Shown piece by piece: positions 19,068-26,754 of a DNA stretch of 64,000 nt. Source of the stretch: Patescibacteria group bacterium (GTDB lineage Bacteria > Patescibacteriota > Dojkabacteria > JAKAPS01); NCBI GenBank assembly GCA_025450075.1, contig JANWIC010000011.1, positions 902-64,901 of the forward strand, read 5' to 3'. A model generated the notes under the pieces. The model worked only from the letters and a program-made list of their open reading frames with translations, was not told the DNA's origin and did not search any database. Position numbers and translations under genes: made by a program. Position 1 is the first letter of the stretch; each line of letters opens with the position of its first letter.

Positions 19068-19981
19068 GCAGCAAGAGAATCTTCTTCATCCAAAACTATC
19101 TTGAAACCAACTCCATCTAAACGTCTTATCACATCGTTCATCTTATCATGATGGATTTGTATCGTTCCCCTAATATAAATTTTCCTGCGTCTTGCATCAA
19201 TTTCATCTTGTTGTTTTCGCTGCCTCAATCCTGCAGGACTGCTTATACTTAGACCGTTCATAATTTTTCCAAAAGAAGCAATAGAGACCGGTTCCTCCAT
19301 ATCATTTTTTCTTGCAATATAGCCAATTCTATTTCCAAATTCATCAAGAACTTCTGTTTGGATAAGTGAGGATTCGAGGGTATGCAATTCATATATAATT
19401 TCTCCCTCACCTGTATCAACTCGAATATTCAGATAATCTCCCTCATGCGGATCAATCTTTATTCCCAAAGTAAGATGTTCGATGCTTATATCTTCCCTGG
19501 ATAAATCTGCAGCAAGTTGTTGCAATTCTGTTGCACCAAGCGAGAAGCAAGCCAACTGCCTGTATTCATCTGGAATTGAATCATCCAATGTAACAACACG
19601 TGGGTCATACAACATATCCATTTCTACACTTTGTTCTTTATGGCGAAAGCTTAATATTGGATGACGCGTTGATACCACTACTTCGATAGGAAAAACAATA
19701 ATTAGATCCCCTAACTGGATTGGGCTATTATTTACAATGATAAAATCAACATGAAACCCTTCATGGGCATACCTATCCCGAATTGCTCTTAAAGCATTAC
19801 CCTGTTCTCCAATTTCAACAACATGTTTAACATCCTCTGCATTTTCTCCCAATACACATTGTGTGAATCCTTCTGAACCAGGGACATATACCCATGCAGC
19901 CCTATTACCATCCCGGGTTTTAAAGGTCGAGATTTCGTCTCCGGCAATACCAAGATATTTTTCCTCATGTGAATTTGACAT
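19064..19981 (-). CDS. Hypothetical protein (305 aa), function not recognised
   Basis: Long ORF with coding-like composition and a basic C-terminal segment (RRRKIYIRGTIQIHH). No motif I can assign. Confidence 0.4.
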   Translation of the reverse strand: MSNSHEEKYLGIAGDEISTFKTRDGNRAAWVYVPGSEGFTQCVLGENAEDVKHVVEIGEQGNALRAIRDRYAHEGFHVDFIIVNNSPIQLGDLIIVFPIEVVVSTRHPILSFRHKEQSVEMDMLYDPRVVTLDDSIPDEYRQLACFSLGATELQQLAADLSREDISIEHLTLGIKIDPHEGDYLNIRVDTGEGEIIYELHTLESSLIQTEVLDEFGNRIGYIARKNDMEEPVSIASFGKIMNGLSISSPAGLRQRKQQDEIDARRRKIYIRGTIQIHHDKMNDVIRRLDGVGFKIVLDEEDSLAA

Positions 19982-20051
19982 AGTCTCTTAAAAATAGCCA
20001 CCGATTCTAACACAAGAAGAGAGTAAGTTCAATAACCTGGATTACCTGGGA

Positions 20052-20435
20052 TTAAGATGGTTTTTGGATACCGAGTTCAAATAATGCTTGTTCATTGATC
20101 ATACTTGGATTCCATGGTGGATCAAAAGTAATGTCAACATTCACATGTTTCACATCTTGAATGCCATCCAAGATACCCTGTTTAATGCTTTCCATAAATT
20201 CGCTTATCAATGGGCATCCCATAGCAGTGAGTGTCATAGTTACATCAACTACATTATCCGCTAGTATTTCAATATTATAGATAAGGCCAAGATCAACTAC
20301 ATTTGCAGGTATTTCAGGATCATATACTCCACGTAGTACTTCCCGGATATTATCTACGGTAAATTCTTTTTTTTCCATATTAAAAATTTGGTTTTTGTAA
20401 AGCTGCGAGTAATCCTTCCGGATCATCCGTACCAA
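20052..20435 (-). CDS. sufT: Fe-S cluster assembly protein SufT / DUF59 (MIP18 family)
   Basis: 127 aa. VYDPEIPANVVDLGLIY...V.MTLTAMGCPL is the DUF59 signature. Confidence 0.7.
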   Translation of the reverse strand: MVRMIRKDYSQLYKNQIFNMEKKEFTVDNIREVLRGVYDPEIPANVVDLGLIYNIEILADNVVDVTMTLTAMGCPLISEFMESIKQGILDGIQDVKHVNVDITFDPPWNPSMINEQALFELGIQKPS

Positions 20436-20844
20436 TTAAAGAAGTTTTTCCATTCTGAAATGTCAGTTTTATTGCTTTATTTCCGGCTACATTGTACAAG
20501 ACTCCTTGCGGAGTAAAGCGAATACCATATCCATACCACCAGGGATAGATGATACTTTCGGATTTCTCGATTTTCGACAACTGAATTTTCTTTCGAAATA
20601 ATCCGGGACCGAACCAGAAATACAACCATGTCTCATCTACTTCAACATGCAAATCTCCAAACAAAAAAACAAGGATAAGGACAAAAAATGCTGGTATGAT
20701 TGTACCAATAATTGCCCGTGAGTCCATATGATAAAAAGAAGTTAGAAACAGATTAAGGATAATAATGATTAGAATGAGAAGCTCAACAGCTCCCCATAAA
20801 ACAAAAGATCCTTTTTGTGTATGTGAGTATGTTATCTTTGCCAT
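20380..20844 (-). CDS. Membrane protein with a bacterial PH (bPH_2/YdbS-like) domain
   Basis: 154 aa. Two N-terminal TM helices, then a WLYFWFGPG...IRFTPQGVLYNVAGN pattern. Overlaps the downstream sufT-like gene by 56 nt. Confidence 0.5.
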   Translation of the reverse strand: MAKITYSHTQKGSFVLWGAVELLILIIIILNLFLTSFYHMDSRAIIGTIIPAFFVLILVFLFGDLHVEVDETWLYFWFGPGLFRKKIQLSKIEKSESIIYPWWYGYGIRFTPQGVLYNVAGNKAIKLTFQNGKTSLIGTDDPEGLLAALQKPNF

Positions 20845-20952
20845 ACTCCAATTGTATCACACAAGTAACGGAGAAGGTACTCCAGTTATGAACGGTTCAA
20901 TGTTATTTGCATCAAATTTCCATAGGTTATATACTTCGCTTAAGGAGGAGAT

Positions 20953-21483
20953 GTGAAATATATTCTTATCGTTTTTCTTTTTCCCTTAACCGTTCTTATC
21001 CTCTATCCCTTGTTTCCGAAGATTTCGTATGAGTTTCATAAAAACACATACGAAAAATCCTATCAGGCATTTACAACATCCTTTCATACTAGCCTTCATC
21101 AAAATATGCTCATCATGCCACAAATCGGGGTCTTTGCTCCAATTAAAGAAGGGGATCAAAACCAAGCACTTCGGGAAGGAGTATGGCATGAAACCTATAC
21201 AGGAACTCCGGATAGGGGGAATATGGTTCTTGCTGGACATCGATTTTTATATCTTCCTCCAAATAACACAACACTATATAACCTGGATGAGGTAAAAATT
21301 GGTGAAAAAATATATGTTTTCTGGAACACTAAGATGTATACCTTCAAAATCTCATCCATTCAAACAGTGACTCCTGATGATTTACATATACTTGATCAGT
21401 CATCCCACCAGCTTACCATTTATACATGTACGCCACTTTGGACAGCAGCTAATCGGCTTGTTGTTATATCAAAGCTTATATAA
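20953..21483 (+). CDS. srt: Sortase (class A/E-like transpeptidase)
   Basis: 176 aa. N-terminal TM anchor. Catalytic triad context LAGHR (His), LTIYTCTP (TLxTC Cys) and ANRLVV (Arg). GTG start at 20953, 4 nt after AAGGAGG. Confidence 0.75.
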   Translation: MKYILIVFLFPLTVLILYPLFPKISYEFHKNTYEKSYQAFTTSFHTSLHQNMLIMPQIGVFAPIKEGDQNQALREGVWHETYTGTPDRGNMVLAGHRFLYLPPNNTTLYNLDEVKIGEKIYVFWNTKMYTFKISSIQTVTPDDLHILDQSSHQLTIYTCTPLWTAANRLVVISKLI

Positions 21484-21988
21484 TCCAGAAACGATACAGT
21501 TTATGAGCCCACTGCTTTGCATAGCCAACTCCAATCCTTTCACCTTTTTGGATATTTTTAGCAGGTGGAGCATCAAAGATATAACAATTAGGATTAGTAA
21601 CAATATCCGTATAGTTGTATGTCTTATCTATGCCAAGATATGCTGAAAACTTTCCAGGTCCTTTCACAAGTATGCCCTCTTCTGTTTTTCCTGCTCGAAG
21701 CAGTACGGCACCCGGCTGGTTTTCTTCACCCATAACAAAATTTGTGCAGTAATGCAACCCATAAACTACAAAGACATAGAGGATACCACCTGCATGGAAT
21801 AACGGATCAGTTCTAGTAGTTTTTCCAAACCTTGCATGTGAAGCCAAATCTTCTGGTCCAAGGTAACCTTCAGTTTCGGTTATAATAAGTGATTTATCAT
21901 TGACTATAAACTTTTTTCCAAGGAGCAACTTTGCACAAGAAATTGGATCTTGCAAAAAAAATTGTTTGGTAAGTCGATTTCTTATCAT
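21476..21988 (-). CDS. mpg: DNA-3-methyladenine glycosylase (Mpg/AAG family)
   Basis: 170 aa. ITETEGYLGPEDLASHARFGKTTRTDPLF..GGILYVFVVYGLHYCTNFV matches the MPG family core. Confidence 0.8.
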   Translation of the reverse strand: MIRNRLTKQFFLQDPISCAKLLLGKKFIVNDKSLIITETEGYLGPEDLASHARFGKTTRTDPLFHAGGILYVFVVYGLHYCTNFVMGEENQPGAVLLRAGKTEEGILVKGPGKFSAYLGIDKTYNYTDIVTNPNCYIFDAPPAKNIQKGERIGVGYAKQWAHKLYRFWII

Positions 21989-22039
21989 TTAAAATATGCT
22001 AACAATTAAGAAATAATATTGCAAATATATATTTCTTAG

Positions 22040-22200
22040 GTTACAATACAAACAGAAAGCGTATGAGGCAGATTTTCCACCTGCCGAGCTGTTCGAGGTA
22101 ACAATCGAACCGGGATGCCCGTAATAGCAATAATCAAGTATTCGTTAAGGTGGCACCTTCAAGCCTAGCTTGACCTTAACATAATGTATATTATGTTACC
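22040..22200 (+). promoter_or_regulatory. Candidate T-box riboswitch leader of serS (translational type, no terminator)
   Basis: Hairpin GGCAG-AUUUUCCAC-CUGCC at 22067-22085 with the Ser codon UCC followed by A in the loop. Textbook antiterminator at 22144-22178: UUAAGG / 7-nt bulge UGGCACC / UCAAGC-CUA-GCUUGA / CCUUAA. UGGC is complementary to the GCCA end of tRNA-Ser (discriminator G). An alternative 9-bp hairpin at 22176-22197 abuts the start codon. Confidence 0.6.
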
Positions 22201-22203
22201 CTT

Positions 22204-23448
22204 ATGGTCAATCTAAAAGATCTTCTTCAAAATCCAGAAAAATACAAAAAAGCAATAATTGATAAAGGATATAATCCTGAACTTGTTGATTCTGTAGTAC
22301 AATTTAGTATGAAACAAAAAGAATTAGTTTCAGAAGTTGAAAATCTTAGAGCAGAAAGGAAACAATTAGGAAAGAATAACAATACTTCCATAGATGAAGG
22401 GAAACTCATTAAAGAAAAATTGAAGCAATTAGAACCGGAAGCAGACAAAATCCAGGAGGAATTGCAGCGTGTTCTTAACCAGATTCCTAATCCCGCATTA
22501 CCTGATGTTCCTGTTGGAAAAGGTGAAGAAGATAATGTAGAAATTAAAAAATTTGGAAATATACCTCAATTTTCATTTGAACCAAAAAACCATCTTGAAC
22601 TTGGTGAAAAGTTGCATATTCTCGATTTCACAACAGGAAGCAAAGTTACCGGTACCCAATTCTATTTCCTTTTAGGTGATGGAGCAATGCTAGAACTTGC
22701 ATTAACGCAATTTGCATTTAAGAAACTCATCAATAAAGGATTTACACCTGTCATTACCCCTGATCTTGCAAAATCCCGCTTCTACTTAGGAACAGGATAT
22801 GTACCAAAGGGAAATGAAGCGCAAACATACGTCATTGAAGGAGAAGATCTCGGACTAATTGCAACCTCAGAAGTCACTCTTGCTGGGAGACATGCAGATG
22901 AATCAATACCAGAAGAATCACTGCCGCTAATGTATGTAGGTTTATCTCATGCTTTTAGACAGGAAGCAGGTGCATACGGAAAATATTCTAAAGGATTATA
23001 CCGTGTTCATCAATTTTCAAAAATTGAAATGTTTGTCTACTCAACACCTGAGGAATCTGCAAAATACCATGACATGCTTCTTGGCATTGAAGAGGAAATT
23101 TATCAGGATCTTCAAATTCCATACCGAGTACTGGAGATGTGTACAGGTGATCTTGGTGCAATTGCTGCAAAAAAATATGATATAGAAGCATGGATGCCGG
23201 GAAGAAACGGATATGGTGAAGTAACATCTACTTCAAATTGTACGGATTACCAGGCAAGAAATCTTAATATTAGGATTAAGATGGGAGATGGAACACACGT
23301 ATACGCACATATGCTCAATGGTACAGCGATAGCAATATCCAGAACACTCATTGCAATACTTGAAAATTATCAGCAAGAAGATGGATCTGTGATAATCCCT
23401 GAAATATTACGGTCATATATGGATAAAGATGTCATTCGAGCAGCATAA
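22204..23448 (+). CDS. serS: Seryl-tRNA synthetase
   Basis: 414 aa. N-terminal coiled-coil arm, then class II core motifs (e.g. FRQEAGAYGKYSKGLYRVHQFSKIEMF and GTAIAISRTLIAILENYQ). Confidence 0.9.
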   Translation: MVNLKDLLQNPEKYKKAIIDKGYNPELVDSVVQFSMKQKELVSEVENLRAERKQLGKNNNTSIDEGKLIKEKLKQLEPEADKIQEELQRVLNQIPNPALPDVPVGKGEEDNVEIKKFGNIPQFSFEPKNHLELGEKLHILDFTTGSKVTGTQFYFLLGDGAMLELALTQFAFKKLINKGFTPVITPDLAKSRFYLGTGYVPKGNEAQTYVIEGEDLGLIATSEVTLAGRHADESIPEESLPLMYVGLSHAFRQEAGAYGKYSKGLYRVHQFSKIEMFVYSTPEESAKYHDMLLGIEEEIYQDLQIPYRVLEMCTGDLGAIAAKKYDIEAWMPGRNGYGEVTSTSNCTDYQARNLNIRIKMGDGTHVYAHMLNGTAIAISRTLIAILENYQQEDGSVIIPEILRSYMDKDVIRAA

Positions 23449-23520
23449 GTACTAACTGGTGATATTTGACATTTACATACGTATACATCTTTGCTATCCT
23501 AGATATATAATTCATAAAAT

Positions 23521-24093
23521 ATGGCTACAACATTACAAACCAATTTCCGTGGACTGAAACCAACGAAATCAATTGAGGAATATATTGAAAAGAAATTGGA
23601 TTTTCTTGACCGGTATGATAAATATATTGAGCATATCAATATTGAAGTTAATGACAATCGTTCAGAATCTCTTTCCATTACGTACCAGGTCACAATTTCA
23701 GTAAAAGGGGGACTTCTTAGAGTGGAAGAAAAAGGCGCAGATTTATACGCAACAATTGATTTGGCTAATGACATCCTGAAGATGAAGATGGAAAAATATA
23801 AGGAGAGAATAACGAACAAAAAGACAGAAAAAGAGAAAATTTCTCTTACCGAAGAAATACAGGAAGTGAATGAGGATGATAGCTATACAGATGGAGCTTA
23901 CTATACTCCAAAAATTGCAAAAAGGAAAATATATTCAGATAACAGACCACTTCATCCCATTGAAGCCATTGAACAAATGGAAATGCTTGGCCATACGTCG
24001 TTTCTGTTTAAAGATATTGAGACAGGAAAATACGGTATGGTATACAAACGAACTGATGGTGATTACGGATTAATTGAACCGGAAAATCCTTAA
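23521..24093 (+). CDS. hpf: Ribosome hibernation-promoting factor, long form
   Basis: 190 aa. N-terminal RaiA/YfiA fold (EEYIEKKLDFLDRY...SITYQVTISVKGGLLRVEEKGADLYATIDLA) plus a C-terminal dimerisation extension. Confidence 0.8.
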   Translation: MATTLQTNFRGLKPTKSIEEYIEKKLDFLDRYDKYIEHINIEVNDNRSESLSITYQVTISVKGGLLRVEEKGADLYATIDLANDILKMKMEKYKERITNKKTEKEKISLTEEIQEVNEDDSYTDGAYYTPKIAKRKIYSDNRPLHPIEAIEQMEMLGHTSFLFKDIETGKYGMVYKRTDGDYGLIEPENP

Positions 24094-24929
24094 TACAAAA
24101 ACTTAAGCATAAAAAATGCAATAAGCCCAAATATCCAACAGTAATAAGCGAAAGGAAGTAAAGTTCCTGATTGGAAATATTTCACTAAAAATTTTGTACT
24201 TACATATGCACATATTCCAGCAACGATTCCGCTTATTAGTGCGGTGATAAATGTTCCGGATGTATGGAATAGATAATGAATTTCTAGTAAAGAAGCTAAT
24301 AAAATTGCAGGAGCGGCAAGCATAAACGAAAATTTTGCGCTGTCTTCATGATTAAGACCCTGGATAAGTCCACCGACAATACTTGCTCCAGATCTGGAGA
24401 TTCCAGGTATTAAAGCAAATGATTGACATATACCAACAATTCCTGCCTGAACATAACTAAAACCTTGGAGTGTTTTTAATGGTTTTTGTTCTGTTCCTTT
24501 TCGAAGCTTTTCACCAAACAGAAGAATGAACCCGTTAACGATAAGAAATGCAGCAGCAATAGCAGGACTTACAAACAAACTTTTAACTTTTTTCTCAAGT
24601 AATAACCCAAGTAACCCAACCGGAATTGTACCAGAAATTAATAACCAGGCTAGATGTTCATAGGTGTCATTTCCAATCTTTTTGTTTTGAACAGTTCTGA
24701 TAAACCCTTGTATTACTGCAATCCAGTCATTCCTGTAATACCAGATCAAAGCAATTGAAGTACCTAAATGCAACATTACAAGAAATGCAAGATATAAAGT
24801 GCTGTCTTGTTGAATTGACCATTTAAATAATGTAGGTACTACGACGCTATGCCCCAGGCTGCTTACAGGAAATAGCTCAGATACACCTTGTAGTATTGCA
24901 AGAAAAATTGATTGGAAAAAGTTCAACAT
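24090..24929 (-). CDS. uppP: Undecaprenyl-diphosphatase
   Basis: 279 aa. LQGVSELFPVSSLGHSVVV and PGISRSGASI motifs. Eight-TM profile. Confidence 0.85.
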   Translation of the reverse strand: MLNFFQSIFLAILQGVSELFPVSSLGHSVVVPTLFKWSIQQDSTLYLAFLVMLHLGTSIALIWYYRNDWIAVIQGFIRTVQNKKIGNDTYEHLAWLLISGTIPVGLLGLLLEKKVKSLFVSPAIAAAFLIVNGFILLFGEKLRKGTEQKPLKTLQGFSYVQAGIVGICQSFALIPGISRSGASIVGGLIQGLNHEDSAKFSFMLAAPAILLASLLEIHYLFHTSGTFITALISGIVAGICAYVSTKFLVKYFQSGTLLPFAYYCWIFGLIAFFMLKFLY

Positions 24930-24931
24930 AT

Positions 24932-25453
24932 TTAAATGAAATGAAATAAATGAAAAAGGACACTTAAGAATAACAATAATACAAGGATGAAGATGAAAAT
25001 ATTCAAATCAATCTTTTTATTAAAGAATATTGTTAACCCGACTATAATTAAAAACATCGGCCACAGGAATACATACGTGAGCGCCGACAATATATTCAAG
25101 TTATACAGTAGAATAAACAAACCAATCAAAGCTATGATTAAGCCAAATGTATTTTTTGGTTCTCCAGACACATTGATCGGATTTTCCTGGATAGTTGATT
25201 TGACAGTTTCAGCTTGCTGATTAAAATATTTTCGTAAATTATTTACACCTTCTTTTATATCAAGCGGTTTGTTATCATCGCTAGGCATGATGATCGCCAA
25301 AGCAAAATATAAAAGGAAAGAAGCACCCCCTGCAAATGACATGACAATAAAAATGATGCGGACAAAATTCGCATCAATTTCAAAATACTCACCTAATCCT
25401 GCACAAACTCCTAAAAATATTCCTTTCGCTTTAATTCTATAAAGTTCTTTCAT
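24932..25453 (-). CDS. PspC-domain membrane protein
   Basis: 173 aa. LYRIKAKGIFLGVCAGLGEYFEIDANFVRIIFIV matches the PspC domain. Additional C-terminal TM helices. Confidence 0.65.
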   Translation of the reverse strand: MKELYRIKAKGIFLGVCAGLGEYFEIDANFVRIIFIVMSFAGGASFLLYFALAIIMPSDDNKPLDIKEGVNNLRKYFNQQAETVKSTIQENPINVSGEPKNTFGLIIALIGLFILLYNLNILSALTYVFLWPMFLIIVGLTIFFNKKIDLNIFIFILVLLLFLSVLFHLFHFI

Positions 25454-25657
25454 ATGTTGTTGGGTTAACTAATCAAGTATAATATATTCACCAACATTTG
25501 AAAAGAATTCGGAATTTTAACTTCTAAGTATTCATAACAGAAATCTCACTCTGCCATATAGCATTTTTGTAAGGTAAATTACCAACTTTCCATTTTCAAT
25601 TATATATAATAAGTCATCGGAAGAACCTAATTATGCCCATATTATCGTCCAAACTAT

Positions 25658-26743
25658 ATGTTTACAACCCCAACAGCATCTCCAGATGGAGTAGAAACAG
25701 TTCCGGCTCAACAAGCTAATTGGTCCATTTTATTTGAATCTCCTGAAAAATTACAAACTGCAGAAGATTATGATCCATATATTGAAGAAATCATCCGAAT
25801 TTGCAATGCTTCCCCATTTATCGCAGATGTCATCCGGCAATCAATACATGTATTGATTGCATATGATACTGATCAATCAAAAAAAGATGTTGCTCCACAT
25901 TTGTATGAGCCATATACAGCAAGACATTCCACAATAGAACATTGTCTTCGTACTGCATATAATTTTATGCATGTTTTATCTTCATGCCCTGATCAAGAAT
26001 ATTTTACCAAAAACGTGATTGCAATGCTTTTGCATGATATTGGAAAAGGTGCATATGAAGAGGAAACATATGAATCCATTTTTAGTCAAGACCTATTGTA
26101 TAGACAAGGTAGAATAAGCGAAGAAGAAAGGAATCATATTAATAAACATCCATATTACAGCAGTTATATTATCCAGCAAATTGCTGAAAAACTTATTGAA
26201 AGCGGATTAATGCCTGATGAGAAGGATATTGTTATGCTCCAGGAGATCACTCAACGTGTACAGATCCATCATTGTTTCTTTCCATATAACCAATGCAGTC
26301 CTCGAGCAATGGTTGTAGATATTGAGCATATCCTCCAATCTGACCAGATTCCTGAAACAATTTCGCATCTTTTTGAAATTTTTACCGACACGGCTATGAT
26401 TGCAGTCATTGATGCCCTTGATGCCCGATGTATGAGAACCGATTGGGATAAAGGACAAAAGATTCAGCATACGTCTGAAAAAGTTTATGCAATCCTATCT
26501 TCACTATTCATTCACCCTGATTTATATACAAAAATCTATGCTGCACAATTTTACAAAAGCTATGATGAAGTAAGCTGCAGGAGAGCAGAAAGATATACGA
26601 GCACATACATGCGTACATTAGTTGCACGTGTCATTTTCGAATTTATGGATAGATATGATATCAATCATGAAACTGATGTCAATCTGGTACAGGTTGATTT
26701 CTCTAAAGTAGCAGTACCTGTTCACATGCATACAAGGCGCTAA
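25658..26743 (+). CDS. HD-domain phosphohydrolase family protein
   Basis: 361 aa. LLHDIGKG plus downstream His/Asp residues. The N-terminus is unusually GC/Pro-rich. Confidence 0.5.
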   Translation: MFTTPTASPDGVETVPAQQANWSILFESPEKLQTAEDYDPYIEEIIRICNASPFIADVIRQSIHVLIAYDTDQSKKDVAPHLYEPYTARHSTIEHCLRTAYNFMHVLSSCPDQEYFTKNVIAMLLHDIGKGAYEEETYESIFSQDLLYRQGRISEEERNHINKHPYYSSYIIQQIAEKLIESGLMPDEKDIVMLQEITQRVQIHHCFFPYNQCSPRAMVVDIEHILQSDQIPETISHLFEIFTDTAMIAVIDALDARCMRTDWDKGQKIQHTSEKVYAILSSLFIHPDLYTKIYAAQFYKSYDEVSCRRAERYTSTYMRTLVARVIFEFMDRYDINHETDVNLVQVDFSKVAVPVHMHTRR

Positions 26744-26754
26744 GGGAAACATTC

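Noticed and set aside
22095-22115. AATCGAACCGGG in the serS leader resembles the reverse complement of a tRNA T-arm.
   Set aside because: No acceptor, D or anticodon arms can be built around it. It forms a simple local hairpin (GTTCGA/TCGAAC) consistent with leader structure.
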